Source: Mobula hypostoma (taxonomy: Eukaryota). Taken from it: DNA of 60,000 nucleotides. A program made the position numbers and the translations under genes. Below, one piece after another: positions 1-13,807 of the stretch. The notes beneath the pieces are model-generated. The model worked only from the letters and a program-made list of their open reading frames with translations. It did not search any database and was not told where the DNA came from. The stretch is taken from NCBI RefSeq assembly GCF_963921235.1, contig NC_086109.1, positions 9,488,001 to 9,548,000 of the forward strand, in the 5' to 3' direction. Numbering within the stretch: position 1 is the stretch's first letter; every line of letters begins with the position of its first letter.

Positions 1-88
1 GGCAGCTGGTTAACAATGGCCCAACGCCTCTACCCGGCAGCTGGTTAACAATGGCCCAACGCCTCTACCCGGCAGCTGGTTAACAATG
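1..88. repeat. 35-bp tandem repeat (minisatellite), 2.5 copies visible, cut by the window edge
   Basis: GGCAGCTGGTTAACAATGGCCCAACGCCTCTACCC repeated exactly at 1, 36 and 71. Confidence 0.9.
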
Positions 89-1959
89 TTTTAAAAAACA
101 CTAGGACAAGAAAGGTTTGGGATTTGGGTCAAGCATAGGTAAACGGGACTAGCTTAGATGCTCATCTTGGTCGGCATGGACGAGTCAAACTGAAGGGACT
201 GTTTCTGTGTTGTATAAATCTGCAATTTTATGATATATTCTCACCCACAAATCAAGGAAAAAGACTTAGAAGTTCCAAGGGAAGGAATTAATTCCTCACA
301 CTCTTGATAACTTGCTTGCAATGATCCTTTCATTCTCCTTCGTGATATAAATTTTATAAGAATTACAACTCTCAATCAATTGCAATATCCCACACATACA
401 ATTAAGCTTTCAGTGAATCTATTAAAACGTATAGCCTGATCTTTCTAATAGGACATGAAATTGAGATTTAAGAAATATTCAAAGTGCTTCATTATACTTT
501 AAACATAAAAAAACCTTTGTCATCAAATTATAGAAATGGGAAAATTATTCTCCCGGCAGATGATAATGATTGGTAGAGAATGAGTTTTAGTGCTGAAGTA
601 CCAAGTTTGTTTGAGAAAATTGTTTATTGAAGAGCCAAAATGGTACGAAACACAAATTGCATCTGGGAAGTTATGAGGGCATCAAATTGTTACCAGCAAT
701 GTTAACTGATGATTTCTCACCCACAGAATTTATGTGGCCCATGAGAAGACATTAGGCAGACTGATTTATAAATTAGCTTTATCTGTCACATGTAGAGTGA
801 AACATTGAAATATACAGTAAAGGGTATCATTTGTTTCAAAGACCGACACTTTCCAAGGATGTGTTGGGAGTCGCCACACTTCTGGCGCCAACATTGCATT
901 CCCACAACTCTCTAGCCCTAACCCGTATGTCTTTGGAATGTGGGAGGAAACCAGAGCACCCAGAGGAAACCCACGCATTCACGGGAAGAGCCGACAAACT
1001 CCATATAGACAGCAGTAGGAATCAACCCCTGATTTTCCAGACGCTGGTGCTAATTGCTGAACTACTGTGACCCCAAGTAAAATATGGAATGCCTCATGAT
1101 TTTGTGCTGTGCCCTGCTAATCTTCTCCATATCGTTGTAATTTTACTGTTTGAGCTGCCGAAGCAATGCATGCTTTATGGGTATTGGGTCTGATATCTAT
1201 GCTAGTTTTGATTTGGAGAGAGAAAGAAAATTCAGATTTATTTATCACATGTACAATGAAGCATACAATGAAATATGCCATTTACCTAAATGACCAACAC
1301 TCCCAAGGAGGTGCTGGGACAGACTGAAAATGTTGCCACACATTCTGGTGCCAAAATAGCATACACACAATACTCAGAGGAACAACACTAAACACAAAAA
1401 GTAGAGCATACCAAGTGACAATCCTCCAAGGGGACCACAACCTTGTTGTAGGGTTTGGAGGCTTGTGTGTCTTAATGACCCGGAGAGCTACGTTGGCTGG
1501 AGTTAGGGCTTTATGCTTTGGTTCTTGGTAGGGTCATCCATACCAAAAAGGTCAAAGGGCAAGGGCTAGACTAAGAGTGGTCCACCAGTCCTCCAGGTTT
1601 GGGGGTTCAGCTCTGGGCTAACAACCCCGAACTTGTTAAACAAAATTGTTACGGAAACAACAATGAAGAACCGTTCTACGTCTGTGTGCGACGCTGTGGA
1701 CAGACAGAGATGGAGGACCATCATTGCTGTCCTAAACGCCATCGGCTTAACGGGCGGTAGCTAACAAATGACAAAACAACAACAGCAAAACAAACCCCGT
1801 TCCTCCACATCTTTGTCCTTAAACCCTAACCTGACCCTTAACTCTCCCCTCTGTTCTGAAGACCATCCCCGAGACCCCAAGAAAAACAAAAAATAAAATA
1901 CTAAGTTTGAGCAGGGACCACAACAGAGACCATAGCTCGGTATTATTTGTCTGGAAGCT

Positions 1960-2132
1960 CTGTCTGTCTATCTAGATAGATAAATAGAGCTTCCAGTCAA
2001 ATACTGTCAAGCTACCTATCTATCTAGCTTTATCTACCTATCTATCTACTTTATCTACTCTATCTCTATCTATTCATGTAGGTAGGTAGATGGGGTACCT
2101 ACATCTACATGGATACTCTACCTATCTATCTA
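1960..2132. repeat. Degenerate (TATC/GATA)n microsatellite with palindromic segments
   Basis: Runs of tatc/taga. Confidence 0.7.
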
Positions 2133-2278
2133 GAAAGAGATGAATGGAAGGCAATGGGAGATGGATGAAGGTATGAAGAGACAGAAGTATGGCAAGGCTG
2201 ATAGACTTTGCCTATTGACCACTCGTTAATACCAATCCAGCGAGTGAAGATTTTACTGCAGTGTTACTGCTTGTTTAC

Positions 2279-2401
2279 CTGTCAATATCGATGTTCCAGT
2301 GCAGTTCCTGAATAACTGGTGCCCAGTGAATTTCACCTTTGTAAAGACTACTGTCGATTCCTCCAAATATCACTTCGCCTCCATCATTGCTGTTTGGATT
2401 C
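2279..2401 (-). pseudogene. Paralog exon 6 (NPNSNDGGEVIFGGIDSSLYKGEIHWAPVIQELHWNIDID)
   Basis: ttccag| and |gtaaac, 123 bp, phase 2-2 as in pepsinogen exon 6. Confidence 0.88.
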
Positions 2402-2856
2402 CTGGAATAAATGAAACATTTTGAGATGAGACTTTGCATTTCATAGCGTGGAGTAACCCTTCTTTCACCTACCGCATGTCTCCTGGCTGCTGTACTTTCC
2501 TTTAGCCCGGAAATCATCTACAGAGATTGCCAAATGGTCATCCCTGTTACAGGAAGGTTGTGGAAGCTTTGGAGAGGGTGTAGAAGCTGAACCTAATGGG
2601 GAACTTTTTCACAGAGAGCGTGGTCAGTATATGGAACGAGCTCCCAGAGGAAGTTTTTGAAGGAGGTAACAACATTTAAAGGGCACTTGCACAACTATTT
2701 GAATAAGAAAGGTTTGGGCACAGCCTTGGAACAGAAGAACAACCCTTTAGAAGAGAGAGGTGCAGGAAGTTCTTTAACCAGAGGGTGGTGAATCTGTGGA
2801 ATTTGTTGCCACAGGCAACTGTGGAGGCCAGGTCATTGGGTATATTTAAAGCAGAG

Positions 2857-3572
2857 TGTGGCCCCCCCCCCACCCCCCGGCCAGCCTCAGGGTCGCTCAG
2901 CTCGCTGTCGTCTAGGGAAACAGCCCTCGGCCCTGCCAAATAGTTTGTGTGGATGCTGTGTGATGTACCCCACCCCACCCAAATAACAGACAATACCCCA
3001 GATACGATTCAATGTTTTACAGTTTATAGATATTACTGGAACCATATAATTAATAGAGAATAAAATATAAAAGGAAAATAAAAGGCTCCACACTTATCAA
3101 AGTTCAATCTCTTCATGCACAAACAGTTGGAGCTCAGGACCCTTCGTTCTTCGCCCGGCGACCCATTGGACCACCTCGACCTGTCACCTGGGACCAACAA
3201 CGGTTGTCGACCAGACGCTCCACTCGAGTCCGTCTCCGTCTCCTCTCCTCGCCGAACACCCTGGATCTCGGACTCCTGCTCGGGGTCCGACCCCGTTAGC
3301 GGACTCACAGCACCTGGTCCATCCTCTGTCCCTCTCTCCCACCTTCTGCCAGAAAACCCGCGCGTCACAATATCTTACAGACACACAGAAAGCATAACAA
3401 CTATCCCAATTGGTTCATTTCTCCTCTTATCAATAGATAATCCAAAACAAACTGCTAGCGGGAGGACTTCCTCCTCATTTAACATAACAAAGAAGCCAGT
3501 TTAATTATAACATAACAAAGAAGCCATTTTAATTAGCCTACACAGTTAACATAAAAGAAGAAACCTCTTACA
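2857..3572 (-). mobile_element. Solo LTR (about 716 bp) inserted in a CR1 fragment
   Basis: TGT...ACA termini, 4-bp near-TSD AGAG/GGAG; the flanks rejoin as CR1 sequence (aaagcagag|tttgacagattc). Confidence 0.65.
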
Positions 3573-4068
3573 GGAGTTTGACAGATTCTTGATTAGTAAG
3601 AGAGTCAAAGGTGACATGGAGAAGGCAGGAGAACATGGTTGAGGATAATAAGTCAGCTATGCTTGAATGACAGAGTAGGCTTGATGCGTTGAATGGCTTA
3701 ATTCTGCTCCTATGTCTTGTGGTCTTACAGCCTGGGTGTTTAGAGGAATATAGGCAAAACATGGGTAAATGTGATTAGGTTAGTTGGCCTCTTGTTGGCA
3801 TGGATGAGTGAAACAATGAACCTGTTATCGTGCTCAATGACTCTATTGCAGGCCTAAGGAACTGAGCAGATTAATAGTTTGGCACAGACTAAATGGGCCG
3901 AAGGGCCTGTTATGATCCTATTGCTTTGAGACTCAAATCGTTGAGGTTATTATGGGATGGCACCAGCAAGAATTTGAAGATATTAAAGAAACAGACACTT
4001 GCTTGAATAAGGATTGAAATTACAGATGTGAAAGTTGTCATAAAGAATTAAGCAACATCTGGAACGTA

Positions 4069-5140
4069 CACTCAGTGGCCAGTTTATTAGGTACACTTGT
4101 ACACCTGGTCATCAATGCAAATATCTAATCAGCCAATCATGTGGCACAACTCAATGCATTAAAGCATGCAGACAAGGTCAAGAGGTTCAGTCCAAATGTC
4201 AGAACAGGGAAAGAAATGTGATCTAAGTGTCTTTGACTGTGGAACGATTTTTGGTGCCAAACAGTGTGGTTTGAGTATCTCAGAAACTGCCGATCTCCTG
4301 GGATTTTCACACACAGCTAGAGTTTAGAGTTTCTAGAGTTTACAGGGAATGGTGCAAAATGCAAAACACATCCAGTGAGTGATAGCTCTGTGGGCAAAAA
4401 TGCCTTGTTAATGAGAGAGGTCAAAGGTATGGAGGGGCTACTGCACAGGACCAAAAGGAGCTGCAGAAGGTTGTGAATATAGTCAGCTCCATCTTGGGCA
4501 CTAGCCTACAAAGTACCCAGGACATCTTTAGGGAGCGGTGTCTCAGAAAGGCATTATTAAGGACCTTCAGCACCCAGGGCATGCCCTTTTCTCATTGTTA
4601 CCATCAGGTGGGAGATACAGAAGCCTGAAGGCACACACTCAGCGATTCAGGAACAGCTTCTTCCCCTCTGCCATCCGATTCCTAAATGGACGTTGAAGCT
4701 TTGGACACTACCTCACTATTTTCTTAATATACAGTATTTCTGTTTTTGCACGTTTTAAAAAATCTATTCAATATATGTAATTGATTTACTCGCTTATTTA
4801 TTGTTATGTTTTAAAAATTATTTATTATTATTATTTCTCTCTCTGCTAGATTATGTATTGCATTGAACTGCTGCTGCTAAGTTAACAAATTTCACGTCAC
4901 ATGCTGGTGATAATAAACCTGATTCTGATTCTGAGAATGGCCAGACTGGTTCAATCTAACGGGAAGGTGACAGTAACTCAGTTAACCACAGGTTACAACA
5001 GGGCTGTTCAAAAGAGCACCTCTGAATGCACAACACGTCTAACCTTGAAGTGGATGGGTGACAGCAGCAGAAGACCACGAACATAGACTCAGTGGGCACT
5101 ATTAGATACAGGAAGTATCTAATAAAGTAGCCTCTGAGTG
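4069..5140 (+). mobile_element. Non-autonomous Tc1-derived element with a nested L2-like 3' fragment (about 4425-4934)
   Basis: TIR CACTCAGTGGCC...TTTATTAG after TA, with the inverted copy at the end; a related copy lies at about 8244-8804. Confidence 0.65.
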
Positions 5141-6533
5141 TGTACGAAGAAATGTCTAAAAAGAACACGGGTTCAGAAAAGTTACAGGCTCTTCAGCCCA
5201 CAATGTTGTGCCGATCTTTTAATCTACTCCAGAATCATGGACAATTCTGATTTGATGGAGAATGGACGTGAAAGCACAGAGGAACATCTGGGGAAATTTC
5301 TGAAACGCCCATTCGCTGCTGTCGTTACTGTGTGGTCGTGAATCTTTCGGAGGGTAGGCCTCAAAATCCCCGGCATTGCCTGCTTCTGGCGACCGAGTAG
5401 GAGGTTGAATCGTTCGGACAGAGATGGCGCTCAGTACTCGGTGTCGGAGAGCTGATCGGAGCTCGGTTTTCGGATGACTCAGAGTCGTGGTCGACATGGC
5501 AGGGAGAGTTTTTCTTCCTTCTCCTGTCTGCGTGAGATGTGGGACATTTGAGAAACTTTGAACTTTACTGTGCTCACGGACTTCTTCATCAAGTTATGGT
5601 ATTGTTACACTATTTGTAACTATATGAATAATTATGTGGTTTTGTCAGTTCTTTCAGTCTTGGTTTGTCCTGTGTTTTGTGATATCACACAGGAGGAAAT
5701 AATGCATCATTTCTTAATGCATGAATTACTAAATGACAATAAAAGAGGACTACGTGTCTTCATAATCATCATATGTCTTACGGTCTTATAAAGAAATGAA
5801 CTGGACTCCCAAGCAAAGGGTCAACACTTCAGGATGATATAATGGCGCCTCTGGTAGACCTCTTGCCTCATGGTCCCAGCGAATGGGTTCAATCCCCAGG
5901 TCCAGTGCTGTCCCTGCAGAGTTTGCAAGTTTTTCTTTAATGTCCCCAGGTGCCCTAGCTTTCTCCTTCATCCCAAAGGTATGTCGGATGGTGGGTGGTT
6001 GGGAGCTATACATTGGCCCTAATGTATAGGTGACTGGTCGAACCATGGGGTGGGAGGGTGTTTGTTGATAATAAAAAAAACAATGTGATAATGGGATTAA
6101 TGCAGGGTTGGCGTAAGTGGGTAAGGTGTAATCTGGTATGAAGAGGCCAATGCATAGATCAGAAAAATGTGCAGAGGTTTGTAAACCCAGCCAGCCTTCC
6201 CACTGTCATGGACACGTTCAAAAGGCAGTGCCTTAAGAAGCCGGCCTTTGTCATTAAGGACTCTCAGCATCCGGGACACGGCTTATTCTCATTACTATAG
6301 TCAGGGAGCCAGAAAACCCACACTCAGCATTTTAGGAATTGCATCTTTGCCCTCTGCCGTCAGATTTCTGAATGGTCCATCGACCCATCAACACTACCTT
6401 GTTATTCATCTTTAGCACTATTTAGCAAAACAACAAGTTTCACATGTCAGTGACAATAAACCTGACTCTAGCTCTATTGGCCCTTTATCTGCAGGCTGGT
6501 GAATAGCGGCTCGGTTATACCGTGCAGAGCCTA

Positions 6534-6914
<381 letters not shown>

Positions 6915-8243
6915 TCAAACCTTTGAACACATCCACTAGAAACACTATCGTAGCAAAGCAGCATCCCTCATCAACACCCAGGTCGTGCTCTTTCCTCACT
7001 GCTGCCATCAGGAAGAAGGTACAAGAGCCTCAGGAATCATCAGATTCAAGAACAGTTACTACCCCTCAACCATCAGGCTCTTGAACAAAGGGGGATAACC
7101 ACACTCACTTGCCCATCCATTGAGGTGTTCCTACAACCAATGGTCTCACTTTAAGGGCTCTTTATCTTGTTATTTCATGTTCTCATTATTTATTGCTATT
7201 TACTTATATTGTATTTGCACAATTTGTTGTCTTCCGGTTGATCTTTAATTGATCCTGTTATAGTTACTGCTCTATAGATTTGCTGAGTATGAAAAATGAA
7301 TCTCAGGATTGTATATGGTGACATATGAGTACTCTGATTGTAAATGGTGACATATATGATAGTAAAATTTACCTTGAACTTCGAATTTACATGCAGCACA
7401 GACACAATAAAAAACATGTAAACACAAGATGAAGGTAGTCCTGATGAAGGGTCTTGGCCCGAAACATTGACTTTACTCCTTTCCTGAGATGTTGCCGGAC
7501 TTCCTAAGTATTTTCTGTGTGTTATTCTGCAATGAAAAACATCCTTACATCACAGGCACGGAGCAACATGTAATTAGCTTTCAAGATAAAGAGAGCCTAG
7601 TTTTATTTGTCACGTGTACAGTGAACCATACAGTGAAATGTGCTGTTCACTTCAATAACCACCACATCCTGAGAATGCCCTGGGGCAGCTTGCAAATATT
7701 GCCATACTCCTGGCACTAACGTAGCATACCCCCAATTTACTAACTCTTTCTAACCTGTGGAAGGAAACCGGAGCACCCGGAGGAAACCCACGCGGTCACG
7801 GGGAGAACATACAAACTCCTTACAGACGGTGGCTGGGATTGAACCCATATTGGTGATGGTGGGCGCAATAAAAATGTGGTGTTACTCACTACACTACCAA
7901 GCTGCCCTGTCGGTCTGCCTGGTCCCATCAGTGTGTACCTACATCATAGTTGAAAATACCCCTCCTAGCCATGTACCTATCCAAACTTCCCTTAAAGATT
8001 GAAATCCAAAAACATAAATTAAATGCATCATGTCCAAATAATATTTAACATCATATTTCAACATAAGAAAGGTAATAATTATTATGGTGGTAACCATTAG
8101 CATATCCTAAGACACTTTGAACATTTTTAGGCAAATTCTGACACTGAGACACCGGAGACAGAGTGAATAAACTTGGTTCTGATTCCGAAGACATCAAATT
8201 TTAAGATATTTGGTAATAATTAAGCAAGGTTTTAAGGAAGCCA

Positions 8244-8804
8244 CACGCAGTGGTCACTTTTATTAGATACTCCTGTACCTAATAAAGCGGTCACTGAGTG
8301 TATGTTCGTGGTCTTCTGCTGCTGTAGCCCATCCACTTCAAGGTTCAATGTGTTGTGTATTCAGATATGCTCTTCTGCACACCACTGTTGTAACACATGG
8401 TTCTTTGAGTTACTGTCGCTTCCCTGTCAGCTTGAACAAATCTGGCCATTCTCCTCTGACTTCTCTCATTAACAAAATGTTTTCACCCACAGAACTGCTG
8501 CTCACTGGATGTTTTTTAAAATTTCTCTGTAATCTCCAGAGACCGTTGTGCATGAGAATCCCAGGAGGTCAGCAGTTTCTAAAGTACTCAAGTCTCACCA
8601 TCTGGCACCAACAATTACTCCATGGTCAAAGATACTTCGATCACATTTCTTCCCCATTCTGATGTTTGGTCTGAACAACAACTGAACCTCTTGACCATGT
8701 CTGCCTGCTTTTATGCATTGATTGCTGCCACATGATTGGCTGATTAAGACTTTGCTTTAATGAGCCGGTGTACAGGTGAACCTGAGAAAGAGGCCACCAA
8801 ATGT
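8244..8804 (-). mobile_element. Second copy of the same Tc1-derived non-autonomous element
   Basis: Reverse-complement similarity to 4069-5140 without the L2 insert. Confidence 0.6.
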
Positions 8805-9154
8805 TTATTTAATACACCGTGCTGTAGATGGGAGGATGACGTAGATTGATTGCAAGCCAGAACTGGATGTGTTCTCAGATCACAGACGAGCTCCCTGTTT
8901 AACATGTTGGGCGACTCAGTGGTGTTGTGATAAGCAGAATTGAAGCCAATGGCCCGGGTTCAGTCTGCCACAGGCTGTAAGGAGTTTGCATATTCTCCCC
9001 ACAACTCCACAGGTTTTGTCTGGCTGCTCCAGTTTCCTCCTACATTCCACAGACTTAGAGGTTAGTAGGTTAATTGGTCAGATGGGCAGTTTTCTCTCCT
9101 GTGCCATTTTCTGTCTCGAAGTATATAATGTATAAATGCCCATAAAAGAATCTA

Positions 9155-9275
<121 letters not shown>

Positions 9276-9670
9276 CTGTCAGAGGGGTCAACAAAAGGCA
9301 TACAATCAGAAATGTGTCTGCTACCTCAGACAACAGAGGACTGGTGTCACCTTCGTATGATCAGAGGGAACTTACCATTAGACCATAGGCCATAGGAGGA
9401 GAATTAGGCCACTCAGTCGGTTGAAACTGCTCCGCCATTCCATCATGGCTGATATATTTTCACTCTCAAGCCCATTCTCCTCACTTCTCCCTGTATCCTT
9501 TGGCACCTTATTAATCAAGAACCTATCAACCTCTGCTTTAAATACACCCTTTGACTTGGGCTCGACAGCTGCCGCTGGCAACAAATTCCACAAGTTCACC
9601 ACCTTCCGGTTAAAGAAATTCCTCCTCATCTCTGCTCCAAAGAGACATGTATGCTGAGGCTGTACCCACT

Positions 9671-9987
9671 GTGGACACGTGGCCAAGTGGTTAAGGCATT
9701 GGACTAGCGACCTGAAGGTCGTGAGTTCGAGCCCCAGCCGAGGGAACGTGTTGTGTCCTTGAGCAAGGCACTTAATCACACATTGCTCTGCGACGACACT
9801 GGTGCCAAGCTGTATGGGTCCTAATGCCCTTCCCTTGGACAACATCGGTGTCGTGGAGAGGGGAGACTTGCAGCATGGGCAACTGCTGGTCTTCCGTACA
9901 ACCTTGCCCAGGCCTGCACCCTGGAGAGTGAAGACTTTCCAGGCACAGGTCCATGGTCTCGTAAGACTAACGGATGCCTTTACTTTA
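9671..9987 (+). mobile_element. tRNA-derived SINE inserted in a CR1 fragment
   Basis: A box TGGCCAAGTGG, B box GTTCGAGCC, TSD ACCCACT (9664-9670 / 9988-9994). Confidence 0.8.
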
Positions 9988-10954
9988 ACCCACTATAGGA
10001 AGCATTCTTTCCACATCCACTCTATCTAGGCCTTTAGTATGTTTCAATGAGATTCCCCTCTCATTCTTCTAAATGATAGCGAGTTCATGTCACGGTTTAA
10101 TTCAAGTGAATCAGGTGGGAATTAGTGTATCTGTCACAACTTCAGGATACTCCGAAAAAAATGACAGCAATGAAACACACGTATCACTTGCCAGTTTATA
10201 CTGCTTCCCTGACCCCATCTTTTATTCTGGTATCCTCTCCTTTCCTTTCCAGTCCTGATGAAGGGTCTCTGCCTGAAATGTCAGCTGTTTACAGTATTCC
10301 CATCCACAGGTACTGCCTGACGTATTGAGCTCCTACAGCAATTGTATGTGTTGCATTTCATTTCGCCTCTCTCTGTATCAGCCATATTACTCAGATCCTT
10401 AATGCAGAGAGATGTGGACTTCCAGTAATTTTTCTCCCTCTTCTTCAGTTCCCCACCCTGGCTCCCCTCTTACCTCTTCTCTCCTCTTCACCCCCCCCCC
10501 CCGGGTCCCTTCCTCCTTCCCTTTCTCCCATGGTCCGCTCTCCTGTCCTGTCAGATTCCTTCATTTCAGCTCTTTACTCTTCCTTCTGTCACCTCCTTTC
10601 CACTTTATCTCTCCTCACCCTCTCACCCACCTTCTCCTTCACCTGGTCCCACCCATCGCCAGCTGGCTTGTATAGCTTCGCCACCACCTACGTTCTTACC
10701 CCAGCGTCCATTCGCTTCCTTTCCAGTCCTGATGAAGAGTCGCTGCCCGAAACGAAGACTGTTTATTCCCCTCCGTAGACGCTGCCAGATCTGTGGAGTT
10801 CCTCCAGCATTTTGTGTGTGATGCTGAAGATATTGGGGGTGGCACACTAGTGTAGGAGTTAGCGTAACAATACTACAGTGACCTGGGTTCAATTCCCACT
10901 ACTGCCTATAAGGAGTTTGGATGTTCTCCCTATGATCACATCGGTTTCCTCCTG

Positions 10955-11640
10955 ATATAACCATATAACAATTACAGCACGGAAGCAGGCCATCTCGGTC
11001 CTTCTAGTCCATGCCGAACTCTTACTCTCTCCTAGTCCCACTGACCTGCACTCAGCCCATAACCCTCCATTCCTTTCCTGTCCATATATCTATCCAATTT
11101 AACTTTAAACGACAACATCGAACCTGCCTCAAACAGTTCTGCTAGAAACTCATTCCACACAGCTACCACTTTCTGAGTAAAGAAATTCCCCCTCATGTTA
11201 CCCCTAAATTTTTGGCCTCTAACTCTCAACTCATGTCCTCTTGTTTGAATCTTCCCCACTCTCAATGGAAAAAGCCTATCCACGTCAACTCTATCAATCC
11301 CCCTCATAATTTTAAATACCTCTATCAAGTCCCCCCTCAACCTTCTACGCTCCAAAGAATAAAGACCTTTCTCTGTAACTTAGGAGATGAAACTCAGGCA
11401 ACATTTTAGTAAACCTCCTCTGTACTCTCTCAATTTTATTGACATCTTTCCTATAATTCGGTGACCTGAACTGTACACAATACTCCAGATTTGGCCTTAC
11501 CAATGCCTTGTACAATTTCAACATTACATCCCAACTCCTATACTCAATACTCTGATTAATAAAGGCCAGCATTCCAAAAGCTTTCTTCACCACCCTCTCC
11601 ACATGAGATTCCATCTCCAGGGAACTATGCACCATTATTC
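10955..11640 (-). mobile_element. 5'-truncated CR1 LINE 3' end
   Basis: ORFs 11032-11635 with LVRPNLEYCVQF and ERRRLRGDLIEVFKI; same subfamily as 46652-49902. Confidence 0.9.
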
Positions 11641-13071
11641 TGGTTATTATTGTTATTATTATTATTCATTATTAACTGATGCTTCAATTTCCTCCCACAG
11701 TCCAAAGATGTAGAGGTAGTAGGTTACTTGGTCACATGGGCGTAATTGGGTGCATGGGCTCATTGGACGGGAAGGGCCTATTACTGTTTTATATCTCTAA
11801 AAGAAAATTTCTAACACCTTTCTTTTTAGATTTAGGTACCTTTAATATCAGAAAATGCATGCAGTATACAACCTGAAATTCGTACTCTTCACAGACACCC
11901 ACAAGAGACCCCATAGAATGAATCATAGAACATTAAAGCCCCGAAACACCCCCTCCCCCCACCCTTCATAGAAGAAGCAGCAAACGTATCAATACCCCTC
12001 CTCCACCCTCCCCCACCTCCCCCATGTTCTGGCAAGTAGATTGCTGGATCTGAAACTTGGAACTCACTCATAAATGAAAGGTGGAAGTTTTTTCGTCTGA
12101 AGGACTGTCTTGTTTCACAAAGGACGGTAGCATGGTGGTTTTTACACAATGTACCAGCGACCCAGGTTCAATTCCACACCACGGTTTCTACGGAGTTTGT
12201 ACATTCTCCCTGTGACCGTGTGGGTGTCCTCCCACGGTCCAAAGACATACCAGTTGGTAAGCTAGTTCGTCATTGTAAGTTGTCCCGTGATTAGGCTCAG
12301 GTTACATAGGGGGTTGCTGGGTGGTGAGGCTTGGTGGGCTGGAAAGGCCTCTTCCACGCTATATCTCAATAAATACACTTTAAGAAGAAAGCTCAGTATT
12401 ACCTATTGAAGATTAAAGATTCATTTCCAGTGTAAAGGAGAATGAAATAATGTTACTACAAATCTGATACAGCAAAAAAATGACAGTAAGATAAAAAACA
12501 CATAAATTTAAGTACGTAAGATAGCTTATAAAATGGATTGATTGTGTGTGCATAAAGTGACACTGGGGACAAGAATGTCTGTACATAGGGTGACTTTGAC
12601 AAGAAATAGTGGTAGATCAGGGAGTGAAGGGGTGGGTTAGTGGGCAGAGGTGTTGCTCAGCCTTTCTGCTTGGGGAATTTAACTGCTTTTGAGTCTGGTG
12701 GTCCTAGCGTGGGTGCTACATAGCCTCCTCCCTGGTGGGAGGGGGACAAACAGTCCGTGAGCAGGGTGGGTAGGATCCTTCTTCACGTTGCTGTCTCTTT
12801 TCCGGCATCTTTCTGTATCTATGTATGCCCTTGCTGGCGGGTAGGCTGGTGCCACTGACGCATTGGGCAGTTCTGGTCACCCATGCAGAGCCTTCCCGTC
12901 GGCAGCAGTGCTCTTTCCATTGCATGCTGTGATGCAGCTTGTTACGATGCTCTCCACTAAAGGGCATTTTAGAAGAGGCAATAAATGCTGCCTTATTAAC
13001 AACTCCAGCAGCCTGAGTTATTCATGTATTTAAAGAACCAAACAGCCCAAAACAATATGACATCTATTCAA

Positions 13072-13611
13072 CACACATCAAAGTTGCTGGTGAACGCGGC
13101 AAGCCAGGCAGCATCTCTAGGAAGAGGTACAGTCGACGTTATGGGCTGAGACCCTTCGTCAGGACTAACTGAAGGAAGAGCAAGTAAGAGATTTGAAAGT
13201 GGGAGGGGGAGGGGGAGATCCAAAATGATGGGAGAAGACAGGAGGGGGAGGGATGGAGCCAAGAGCTGGACAGGTGATTGGCAAAAGGGATACGAGAGGA
13301 TCATGGGACAGGAGGCCCAGGGAGAAAGAAAGGGGGGAGGGGGGGAGAAAACCAGAGGATGGGCAAGGGGTGTAGTCAGAGGGACAGAGGGAGAAAAAGA
13401 CCTCCTGTTTTCTCCTATCATTTTGGATCTCCCCCTCCCCCTCCCACTTTCAAATCTCTTACTAACTCTTCCTTCAGTTAGTCCTGACGAAGGGTCTCAG
13501 CCTGAAACGCTGACCGTACCTCTTCCTAGAGATGCTGCCTGGCCTGCTGCGTTCACCAGTAACTTTGATGTGTGTTGCTTGAATTTCCAGCATCTGCAGA
13601 ATTCCTGTTGT
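13072..13611. mobile_element. Fold-back Penelope-like insertion
   Basis: Two inverted arms joined near 13399; TSD TGACATCTATTCAA at 13058-13071 and 13612-13625. Confidence 0.8.
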
Positions 13612-13656
13612 TGACATCTATTCAAATGTTCTTCCAAAGAATTAGATGATACCTAC

Positions 13657-13807
13657 ATCGAGATAGTTGATAAGGGGCTCATCTGTAGCAAACGAACCTT
13701 GCTGGGCTGATCTCCCGTACTTCGTTGAGAGATCGTATGGATGCCGTCTCAGAAATTCTTCGAGTAATCCACGCTCAGTCAGAATGTCACCCTTATGAAT
13801 TTTCACT
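13657..13807 (-). pseudogene. Paralog exon 2 (VKIHKGDILTERGLLEEFLRRHPYDLSTKY...EPLINYLD)
   Basis: ttacag| and |gtaggt, 151 bp, pepsinogen propeptide motif. Confidence 0.9.

Noticed and set aside
1..88. 35-bp direct repeats resembling a CRISPR array
   Set aside because: Units are contiguous with no unique spacers, in a vertebrate context with no cas genes
89..2278. Expected exons 7-9 of the - strand paralog
   Set aside because: No second DTG or WILGDVF coding found; they may lie beyond the window, so loss cannot be claimed
2466..2500. Minus-strand TACAGCAGCCAGGAGACATGCG|GTAGGT resembling the 3' end of pepsinogen exon 3
   Set aside because: Upstream sequence has no LWVPS or DTG similarity; the short match is probably chance
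9671..9745. tRNA-like sequence with A and B boxes (also 25590-25663)
   Set aside because: Continues into a SINE body with tail and TSD; not a tRNA gene
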